From Pyrodictium abyssi (GTDB taxonomy: Archaea > Thermoproteota > Thermoprotei_A > Sulfolobales > Pyrodictiaceae): DNA of 32,000 nt. The translations under genes were made by a program, and so were the position numbers. Below the pieces are notes generated by a model that had not been told where the DNA came from, made no database searches, and saw only the letters and a program-made list of their open reading frames with translations. The DNA lies in the NCBI RefSeq assembly GCF_036323395.1, contig NZ_AP028907.1:2160001-2192000 (forward strand), written 5' to 3'. Below, in pieces: positions 25,536-32,000 of the stretch (its first letter is position 1; every line of letters begins with the position of its first letter).

Positions 25536-26054
25536 ATGCAGCCCACGGTGGCCGCGAGGGGGCGCCGAGGGATGCAGCTCCCCAGCCGCGAGGAGCTAGT
25601 AGAGGAGGCCAAGCAGGTGGTCGAGAAAGCTCTGCTACGGCTCCATGGCAGGCCTGAGGAGGAGCTAGCCAGGGAGGCCATGAGGGACGCCCCGGAGGCC
25701 TACGCGGAGCTACTCCAGGGCTACATGGAGGACATCCGGAGGCTCTACCGCGAGAGCCTAGGCGAGGAGCCCGCCGGGGAGGAGCTGGCAAGGCTCCTCG
25801 AGCGGGTCCGGGGGCTCTACCGGGCTGGCCTCGACTGCCTAGTCCACCCCGCCGTGCTCGACGGCTACCTCGCGGAGCTCTCCAGGGAGCGGAGCCGCCG
25901 CCACATACTGGTGAAGTGCCTGGGCTGGGAGAACCGCTACCTGCTGCTCGAGGGGAGCAGCTCCGAGGACATTGTCTACGCGCTGCTAGCCGCCGAGGAC
26001 CCCGCCGAGATCTACCGGGAAATGAGGAGAAAGGCGAGCGGGAAACAGGGCTAG
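25536..26054 (+). CDS. hypothetical protein (172 aa; the alternative start ATG 25572 gives 160 aa)
   Basis: The ORF has ordinary composition (MQLPSREELVEEAKQVVEKALLRLHG...). It is helical and acidic, with no recognisable motif. Its 3' end overlaps the convergent aminotransferase gene by 4 nt. Confidence 0.5.
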   Translation: MQPTVAARGRRGMQLPSREELVEEAKQVVEKALLRLHGRPEEELAREAMRDAPEAYAELLQGYMEDIRRLYRESLGEEPAGEELARLLERVRGLYRAGLDCLVHPAVLDGYLAELSRERSRRHILVKCLGWENRYLLLEGSSSEDIVYALLAAEDPAEIYREMRRKASGKQG

Positions 26055-27265
26055 CCCACGCCTCCCCGGCCGTCCCTCTCGCTGCTGAGCGCCTCCAGCA
26101 GCTCAGCCGCCATGCCGGGGAACCTCGAGGGGTCCGCCCCCAGGCCTATCCTCAGCGTCCCGGGGAGCATGAAGCACTCGCCCGGGTTAACCAGCACGCC
26201 GCGGCGCTGGAAGAGCCTCTCCGCAAGCCCCATAGTGTCCCTCGTCCAGGGGACCCCTGCTAGCAGGTAGGCGCCCGCGGCCGGCCAGTAGGGCTCCAGG
26301 AGCCCCCGGTGGCCTGGCTCTGCTAGCAGCCTGCGCAGCGCCTCCAGGTTCGCCCTGACTATCCTCCGGGCGCGCTCCTCGAGGGCGGCGCGGACGTCCG
26401 GGCTCCCCAGCACTCTAGAGGCTATCCTGTCGCTGAGCACGGACACGGCTATAGTCGTGTAGTCCTTCACGCTCCACGCCCTCTCCACGGTCTCCTCGCC
26501 GGCCACAAGCCAGCCCACGCGGAGCCCCGGGAGCCCGTAGACCTTAGAGAGCCCACCCACCGCCACGGCGGCGTCGAGCCCCGCGACCTCGACGATGCTG
26601 GGCACACGACGCCCAGTAGCATGCTCCAGCCCGCGGTAGACCTCGTCGAATACAAGCACCGAGCCAGCCCGCCGAGCGGCCCCGGCCAGCTCCTCGAGCT
26701 CCCTCTCGTAGGCGGCGCTCCCCGTAGGGTTGTTCGGGTTGGTGACGAAGACTGCCCGGGGCCGGTGCTCCTCGACGAGGCCCACAAGCCTATCCACGGG
26801 GAGCCTCCAGCCCTCCCCAGGGCTCCTCCAGGCCTCAATGACCCTGGCGCCGCGGAGCTGGAGCAGGCCCCAAACCTGCATATAGCTAGGCATGTCCACG
26901 ACCACTGTGTCGCCGGGCCGCACCAGCGCCAGCACAGCGAGGAGGTTAGCCTCCGCGCTCCCACACGTAGCGAGCACGTTGCCGGGCCCAGCGCCCCCGT
27001 AGAGCCCAGCGATGGCCTCGCGCAGCTCGGGGCTCCCCTGGGTCCAGCCATACCCCAGCACAGTGTCGCCGAGGCCCAGGTCGAGGCCGTACTCCTCCTC
27101 GAGCGCCCTCAGCGGCAGCGGCTCAACCCCGCTCTCGCTCAGCAGCAGCCGGGCCCGGGTCTCGTGGAGGCTCTGCCACCTCTCCAGACAGAACCGCGGC
27201 AGACCCGCAACAGCCTCCCCGAAGTACAGCCCACTAGACACCGCCACCTGCAGCGCACCGTGCAC
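26051..27265 (-). CDS. class I/II pyridoxal-phosphate-dependent aminotransferase
   Basis: 404 aa with NPNNPTG, FDEVY and the PLP-lysine motif LSKVYGLPGLRVGW. Confidence 0.9.
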   Translation of the reverse strand: MHGALQVAVSSGLYFGEAVAGLPRFCLERWQSLHETRARLLLSESGVEPLPLRALEEEYGLDLGLGDTVLGYGWTQGSPELREAIAGLYGGAGPGNVLATCGSAEANLLAVLALVRPGDTVVVDMPSYMQVWGLLQLRGARVIEAWRSPGEGWRLPVDRLVGLVEEHRPRAVFVTNPNNPTGSAAYERELEELAGAARRAGSVLVFDEVYRGLEHATGRRVPSIVEVAGLDAAVAVGGLSKVYGLPGLRVGWLVAGEETVERAWSVKDYTTIAVSVLSDRIASRVLGSPDVRAALEERARRIVRANLEALRRLLAEPGHRGLLEPYWPAAGAYLLAGVPWTRDTMGLAERLFQRRGVLVNPGECFMLPGTLRIGLGADPSRFPGMAAELLEALSSERDGRGGVG

Positions 27266-27389
27266 ACACGGCTCTTAGCGGCAAAAAGGCTTGCATCATA
27301 GCCATAGACCCGTGTAGCGGGCCCGAGTGGCGCTGGTGGCTCCCATGCTACTCCCCGGGGGCAGGTCTCAATGGTTCCGGGGTGGAACC

Positions 27390-28586
27390 GTGCTGTTCGA
27401 CCCGCGTCCCAAGACCTCCCGGAGCGAGCTATTCGACCGAGAGAGGGAGCTGGAGATCCTCTACAGAGCTGTGGAGCGCGGATAGCCTCTGATACTAGTC
27501 CTCGGGATAAGGGGATAGGGAAGACGTCGCTACTCTGCTCCTTCCTGGAGAACTGGCGCGGAATCTACGTAGACATGAGAGGTATACGCCGCACAGCAGA
27601 CCTATACTCCAGGATAGGCGAAGGCATAGCCACCCGGATAAACCAGCTAAAGAGCCTACTAAAGGGGATACGTGGCGTACGCCTACTAGGCGCAGAGGTC
27701 GAGATACGCTGGCGCGGAAGAGACTCCATAAGCCTAGCCGGGCTCCTCGAGGAGCTAAACAAGCGCGGCGAGAGAATAGTACTCGTCCTCGACGAGGCCC
27801 AGCTAATCCGCCCACCAGTCTCCACTGAGATAAAGCAGGCAATAGCATACACCTACGATAACCTCGAGAACGTTACAGTGATACTGAGTGGCTCCGAGAT
27901 AGGCCTCCTAAGAGACTTCACGGGGACGGAGAACCCCGAGTCACCCCCTCTACGGCCGCTACGCCCTAGAACTCACCCTAGAACGGTTCCCCCGGAGCCT
28001 CTCAGAAGAATTCCTAGAGAAGGGCTTCCAGGAACACGGAATCAACCCGGGTAGAGACCTCATAGAGCAGGCAGTAGACCTCTTCGACGGGATAGTAGGC
28101 TGGCTCGTATACTTCGGCAAACCCTACATTGACGGAACCCGCGACCCAGCCAGGATACTAGGCACAGCAGTAGAGCTAGCCACCAAGGAGCTAGAGAAGC
28201 TAGCCACACGCGAAAAACTAGTACTAAAAGCGATAGCAGAGGGAGCAAACACCTGGTCCTCAGTAAGGAGATACATAGAGGAGAAACAAGGCACAACAAT
28301 ACCCAAGTCAACCCTAACCAGGCTCATCAAGAGGCTCGAAAAACTCAGCCTAATACAGGACTACAAGTTCCTAGACCCAGTCTACCAACAAGCAGCCAAA
28401 AACTACGAATACACACCACCCAGCACACCTAACCCCTACAACACCATTCTCTCCCACTATTTGTCTGCCCCGCCGACGCTCTGTTCTGGAGTGTTTCAGT
28501 TCCAGCTTCAACTCCATGAGAACACACTATCAGCGGAGTTGAAAGCCGCCGTGGGAACACGGCCAGCCCCTAATAAGCGTTCATGA
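27390..28586 (+). pseudogene. COG1672-type archaeal AAA ATPase (Arch_ATPase + DUF234-like C-terminus), disrupted by one in-frame TAG and two compensating frameshifts
   Basis: Own translation from the GTG at 27390 gives VLFDPRPKTSRSELFDRERELEILYRAVERG, then TAG (27483-27485), then PLILVLGIRG. The P-loop continues in another frame (GIGKTSLL; ORF track 27371..28054) after an apparent 1-nt loss in the G-run at 27511-27514. Walker B VLVLDEAQ lies in that frame. A 1-nt gain in the C-run at 27944-27948 returns to the original frame (SPLYGRYALELTLERFPRSLSEEFLEKGFQEHG...VGWLVYFG...KFLDPVYQQAAKNY), which stays open to the TGA at 28584-28586. Confidence 0.75.
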
Positions 28587-28733
28587 GAACACACCCCAAG
28601 GAGACACAATGCCCGATCCCGGCGGAATCGGGGCTGTTCCCAAGAACCAGGAAAGCATAAATACCAGAGAGACACACCAGTATATAGCCGGACGTGTAGA
28701 ACTCCCAACAGGGAACCCAAGATCCCACACAAA
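28587..28733 (+). promoter_or_regulatory. putative CRISPR leader with TATA box TATATAG (28681-28687)
   Basis: TATATAG lies 47 nt upstream of the first repeat, predicting a start site about 20-25 nt before repeat 1 on the plus strand. The region also holds a degenerate repeat-like unit at 28655-28679 (GCATAAATACCAGAGAGACACACCA). Confidence 0.4.
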
Positions 28734-29296
28734 GCATAACTCAACAGAGAATTGTAAGCTCACCACCGTTCTTCCGTTTAACCCTATCCAAAATCCCCAC
28801 GATGCATAACTCAACAGAGAATTGTAAGACTACTATATCGTTACCAGGCACTATTAGTACCACTACTGCATAACTCAACAGAGAATTGTAAGAAAGAGGC
28901 GGAGCTCTACGTGAGGCTCGCCGAGACCAAGAAGGCATAACTCAACAGAGAATTGTAAGGAGAATGGCCCGTATCCGAGCCACCGGATGCAGCTCAACAG
29001 TTAGCATAACTCAACAGAGAATTGTAAGTGTACTCGGAGTAGTCCAGGGTCTGGGTTATAGACACATCTATCTGCATAACTCAACAGAGAATTGTAAGCG
29101 TAATCTACCAGCCGGAGAGAGAACTCGAGGATGCCGCATAACTCAACAGAGAATTGTAAGTCACCGACCGCCACCCCGCCCTCTTCCTAAACGCCGCCGG
29201 CGCATAACTCAACAGAGAATTGTAAGTCACGGTAAAGGTGGTGCTCGGCCCCAAGGCCTTCAACTCCACGCGCATAACTCAACAGAGAATTGTAAG
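28734..29296 (+). CRISPR. CRISPR array, 9 identical 25-nt repeats and 8 spacers
   Basis: The repeat GCATAACTCAACAGAGAATTGTAAG starts at 28734, 28804, 28868, 28935, 29004, 29074, 29136, 29202 and 29272. The spacers are unique, with lengths 45, 39, 42, 44, 45, 37, 41 and 45 nt. The strand was assigned from similarity to crenarchaeal repeats ending in ATTGAAAG (8-nt crRNA 5' handle). Confidence 0.97.
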
Positions 29297-29382
29297 CTTG
29301 AGGAATTTTAATATACGTTAATGCGTCGTGTCTCTGTTTAAGTGTCTTTGCCTGTTGCGGCGCGGAGCCAGGTATATCTGGT

Positions 29383-29940
29383 GTGGACTATAATATCGTT
29401 TTGGGTGCCGGGGTGTTGGCTCCGGTTGATGTGGAGCGTATCCGGAGGGTGCTTGAGGAGCGGCGGCCGAGCCCGGCGCATGTGCTGTTCGCGGTGTTCA
29501 TCAGCTCGCTGGCGGAGGGTAACCTGCTGAACCAGGGCGTAATGAACTTCCTGTCGAGGAGCGCAGCGGAGAAGCTCCACGTCTACCTAGGGGCTATGGG
29601 GCTCCGCGTCGAGGGCAGGACGGATGCTGAGCGTCTACGCGACCTCGTAGCCAAGGTTAACCGGCTCCTCGAGATAGGCCGAGACCCAGTGGTCGAGGCA
29701 GCGGGGGACGGCGTGGTCACCGTCGGGCTTGGCGGGGAGAGCTGCCGGTACTGCCCCAAGGGCGTAGGCCTTGCCGAGATACCGGGCACCGCCTGCCCCT
29801 TCCCGAGGCTAATCGAGGCCCTAGCCCAGCTAGAGGGGATAAACGCGAGGCTAATCGTAGAGCGCGAGGGAGCACGGGTAAAGGTTCTCGAGAAGCGGAG
29901 CGGCTTATGCTTCTTCAGATACCAGGTGGGACAGCGCTAG
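29383..29940 (+). CDS. hypothetical protein; the C-terminal Cys pattern faintly resembles a V4R-type domain
   Basis: 185 aa with a GTG start. An AT-rich TTTTAATATACG lies about 70 nt upstream. The C-terminal ESCRYCPKGVGLAEIPGTACPFPRLIEALAQLEGINARLIVEREGARVKVLEKRSGLCFF resembles the Cys-spaced V4R pattern, but that assignment is weak. No similarity to Cas families was recognised. Confidence 0.55.
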   Translation: MDYNIVLGAGVLAPVDVERIRRVLEERRPSPAHVLFAVFISSLAEGNLLNQGVMNFLSRSAAEKLHVYLGAMGLRVEGRTDAERLRDLVAKVNRLLEIGRDPVVEAAGDGVVTVGLGGESCRYCPKGVGLAEIPGTACPFPRLIEALAQLEGINARLIVEREGARVKVLEKRSGLCFFRYQVGQR

Positions 29941-29965
29941 AAGGCTGCTCCGTGCGTTTCTGGGC

Positions 29966-30298
29966 CTAGGTCGGGCCTATGGAGAGCGCTGGTACGTCTA
30001 TCATGTGCTCTCTGCCTGCGTGGTGTATTGTAGCTGCTACGGCGAACTGGTGGCTGCTCCCGCTCTCGTGTAGTCGTTGCTCTAGTGCGCGGAGGGCTAT
30101 GAGGGCCTGGAGTAGGGCGTAGACGGGCTCCCCCGGCTCTCTGGCCGCTGTCTCGCTGAGCGCGGCTGTGGCCGGCCGGGCTATCCTCGTGGTGGCGGGG
30201 TGGCTGCTCCAGAGCCTATACGCGCCGGTGTCGCGTGTCGCAGCTATGGCGCCGTCTAGCAGTATGGGGTCCATGGACGGTATCGCGGTGTCGCACAT
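29966..30298 (-). CDS. hypothetical protein (110 aa), possibly the C-terminal part of a frameshifted larger gene
   Basis: Codon usage resembles confident genes here (ATA/CTA/AGG, G/C-ending codons). It overlaps the upstream ORF by 43 nt in a different frame. No motif recognised. Confidence 0.4.
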   Translation of the reverse strand: MCDTAIPSMDPILLDGAIAATRDTGAYRLWSSHPATTRIARPATAALSETAAREPGEPVYALLQALIALRALEQRLHESGSSHQFAVAATIHHAGREHMIDVPALSIGPT

Positions 30299-30573
30299 AT
30301 CCCTGGGGTATCGAGCTCCACCGCTATCCTCGGCTCGCCGCAGCCGCCACGGGGCCAGGCCTCCAGCGTCTCCTCGTCGATAAGGGGCCCCGGCCCAGTG
30401 ACAGCGTTTATCCTCCTGGCTAGCTCCGCAACGCGGCAGCGGATGGGAGGCAGCCTGCCCGCTAGGCCGCTCTCGCAGCCGCTGGCCACGAGGTCCCGTG
30501 CCAGCGTGGCGGCGTTGCGCCCCGGCCAGCTGCTGGGCCGGTGGCGGGGCGGTATAGCGGTTAGCGGCTCCAC
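30256..30573 (-). CDS. hypothetical protein (105 aa), possibly the N-terminal part of a frameshifted larger gene
   Basis: GTG start 49 nt downstream of the vapC stop on the same strand. No motif recognised. See the 43-nt overlap with 29966..30298. Confidence 0.35.
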   Translation of the reverse strand: MEPLTAIPPRHRPSSWPGRNAATLARDLVASGCESGLAGRLPPIRCRVAELARRINAVTGPGPLIDEETLEAWPRGGCGEPRIAVELDTPGICATPRYRPWTPYC

Positions 30574-30622
30574 GGCCCGGGGCCCGGCGCGCCGGGACGT
30601 CTACACCGCATACCCCCGGGCT

Positions 30623-31063
30623 CTACGGCGGCCCGTACTCAGAGACGTGCCTCGCCACGGGTTCTCGCCCTCTTAGCTGTCTTAGCAGCTTCTCGTCAGC
30701 CGTATAGAAGACAGTGCCAAGCCTCCTAGCCAGCACGATGTAGTAGGCATCGTACACGGTGACCCCGTTGTCGATGGCATAGCCTAGAGCCTCCCTCGCG
30801 AGCTCCCCGTCTACCTCCACGAACTCTACATCCATCTCGAGTAGGAGGCTGAAAGCCTCCCCAGCCTCCCCGGGTCCCATAACCCCTCTCACAACGTACT
30901 TTCTCAGGGCGTTAGCGAGCTCCAGCAGCGCGTAGGATGGCGCGGCTACTGCAACCCTAGCGTCGAGGTGGTCGTTCAGGATAGCCTCTGCCTTGTCGCT
31001 GAACTCCTCCGGTACAAACCACTTGACGAGAACACTCGCGTCAACGACGACCCGCCGCGTCAT
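30623..31063 (-). CDS. vapC: PIN-domain toxin VapC
   Basis: 146 aa with RRVVVDASVLVKW (N-terminal Asp), GVTVYDAYYIVLARRLGTVFYTADEKLL, and a 4-nt overlap with the upstream antitoxin gene. Confidence 0.85.
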   Translation of the reverse strand: MTRRVVVDASVLVKWFVPEEFSDKAEAILNDHLDARVAVAAPSYALLELANALRKYVVRGVMGPGEAGEAFSLLLEMDVEFVEVDGELAREALGYAIDNGVTVYDAYYIVLARRLGTVFYTADEKLLRQLRGREPVARHVSEYGPP

Positions 31064-31284
31064 CGCGTCTCCCGGTCCTCGCGTATAAGCTCCGCAGCAA
31101 CGTTGCCCTCGACTCTGCCTATACGGCTCCTAAGCCTGGCTAGCCTCTCACGTATCCTCCTAGCCTTCTCCTCCCGGACCCTCCTCTCGAGGAACCTCCT
31201 AACCTCCTCAGCATAGTCGATACCGAGCCTCTCAAGCTCCTCCCGGAGCCTACGGGGAACCCGGATAGAGATTACAGTGCTCAA
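31060..31284 (-). CDS. vapB: VapB-family antitoxin (paralog of 11112..11339)
   Basis: The ORF-track entry 31060..31347 was trimmed to the TTG at 31282-31284, giving 74 aa (STVISIRVPRRLREELERLGIDYAEEVRRFLERRVREEKARR...) collinear with the 75-aa paralog. TATA TTTATAT (plus-strand 31325-31331) is centred about 44 nt upstream. The TGTATACG motif lies at 31297-31304. Confidence 0.7.
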   Translation of the reverse strand: MSTVISIRVPRRLREELERLGIDYAEEVRRFLERRVREEKARRIRERLARLRSRIGRVEGNVAAELIREDRETR

Positions 31285-31405
31285 TAAACAGCCACCCGTA
31301 TACACAGATGCGTCCACAAAGACCATATAAAGACACAGCCGCTGCACCCTAGACCCTTACACAGCTAGCAGAAGAAAGCTGAGAGCTGCAAGGGCGTGGA
31401 CGTGG

Positions 31406-31423
31406 GGCTGCTCTACCCCAGGG
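31406..31423 (+). repeat. 18-nt direct repeat GGCTGCTCTACCCCAGGG, copy 1
   Basis: An exact second copy lies at 31609-31626, 203 nt away. It is embedded in short broken reading frames. Confidence 0.85.
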
Positions 31424-31608
31424 GCTATGCGCGCCATGTTCTCCGGGAGCTAGGCCTCTGCGGGGGAGACCTGCGGCAGGGCCCAGCTAGTGGGTAGGCT
31501 CAAGAGGCTCGTGGAGGAGGGCGTGGAGGCCGCCGAGGCGGCTGCAGCCCGGCTCGGGCTGCGCGTATAGCGTGTAGCCGAGGGTGATGGTTACTTACTC
31601 TTTATAGT

Positions 31609-31626
31609 GGCTGCTCTACCCCAGGG
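31609..31626 (+). repeat. 18-nt direct repeat GGCTGCTCTACCCCAGGG, copy 2
   Basis: Exact copy of 31406-31423. Confidence 0.85.
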
Positions 31627-32000
31627 CCGCGGCTAGGTGCCCCTTAGCGGGTGCTAGGACTATTAGGTTCCGGGTCCGGGTTGTGGGTTGTGCTCTGGAG
31701 CCTTGGACCATGCTGAGCTCCGGGAGGACGAGATGCTGGAGGTTATTGCTATACTTCTCGGGGCAATGAGAGAGTACTCGACGATGCTGGTGGTGACCCG
31801 CTGCTGTTGAAGGGGATTCCGAGGAAGATTAACCCGGAGCTAGTCTAGGCAAAACACGCCAGGTCAAGATAGGAAAAACCACGGCATCAATCACCCTCAC
31901 TCGAGCCATGGACAGAGGAGCCAAAAATACAGCCCTAGCAGAGCAATGCCCGAGGAACACTAGTACCGTCTTCCGTGTCGAGTCGAATGTCAAAAACGTT

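Noticed and set aside
16984-27485. The idea that the in-frame TAG codons at 16984-16986 and 27483-27485 reflect TAG recoding or systematic readthrough.
   Set aside because: TAG is the most frequently used ordinary stop codon among the confident genes in this window (phosphoesterase, pilin-like protein, MBL hydrolase, S9 peptidase, HMGCS, DUF35, hmgA and others). Genome-wide reassignment is therefore untenable. A local nonsense mutation or coupled reinitiation is more parsimonious.
28581-29311. ORFs running through the CRISPR array (28581..28814, 28741..28938, 28964..29311), with recurring peptides such as ITQQRIVS or HNSTENCK.
   Set aside because: The periodic peptides are just translations of the 25-nt repeat. 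The region is a CRISPR array, not coding sequence.
30583-30596. The 14-nt perfect palindrome CCCGGCGCGCCGGG between vapC and the next ORF, and the GC palindrome at 22704-22722 after the MATE gene, considered as operators or terminators.
   Set aside because: Short GC-only palindromes of this size are expected by chance a few times in a window of this composition. Archaeal termination typically relies on T-tracts rather than hairpins. There is no supporting context.
31835-32000. Open minus-strand frames entering from the right window edge, for example ...NVFDIRLDTEDGTSVPRALLC stopping at 31935-31937.
   Set aside because: They are too short, with no motif and more than one frame open. They cannot be supported as a gene from the sequence visible here.

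Overview
This is a GC-rich, densely coding archaeal window. Gene content, heavy AGG/ATA/CTA codon use and a 25-nt CRISPR repeat ending in ATTGTAAG fit a hyperthermophilic crenarchaeon (Aeropyrum/Desulfurococcales-like); that is an inference, since no database was searched. Housekeeping content: an upper mevalonate block (HMG-CoA synthase, thiolase, DUF35 scaffold, then HMG-CoA reductase), RNase Z, an S9 peptidase, a class I/II aminotransferase, a MATE exporter, two MBL-fold hydrolases, a metallophosphoesterase, an alpha/beta hydrolase and a methyltransferase. Envelope module: a PMT-like GT-C glycosyltransferase and a dolichol-phosphate-mannose synthase flank a secreted protein with an archaeal class III (prepilin-like) signal peptide. 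Accessory content: four VapBC toxin-antitoxin pairs and a 9-repeat CRISPR array with no recognisable cas gene in the window. The array sits beside a COG1672-type ATPase gene broken by one TAG and two mutually compensating homopolymer frameshifts. Uncharacterised genes lie between the array and the last vapBC. A lower-GC insert between the mevalonate operon and hmgA carries a coiled-coil gene with four 54-nt tandem repeats, split by an in-frame TAG. Candidate RNAs are a C/D-box-like element and an unusually long 510-bp non-coding gap with GNRA-type hairpins. No rRNA or intact tRNA was found. Many long ORFs in the track are Arg/Pro/Gly-rich off-frame shadows of real genes and were not called.
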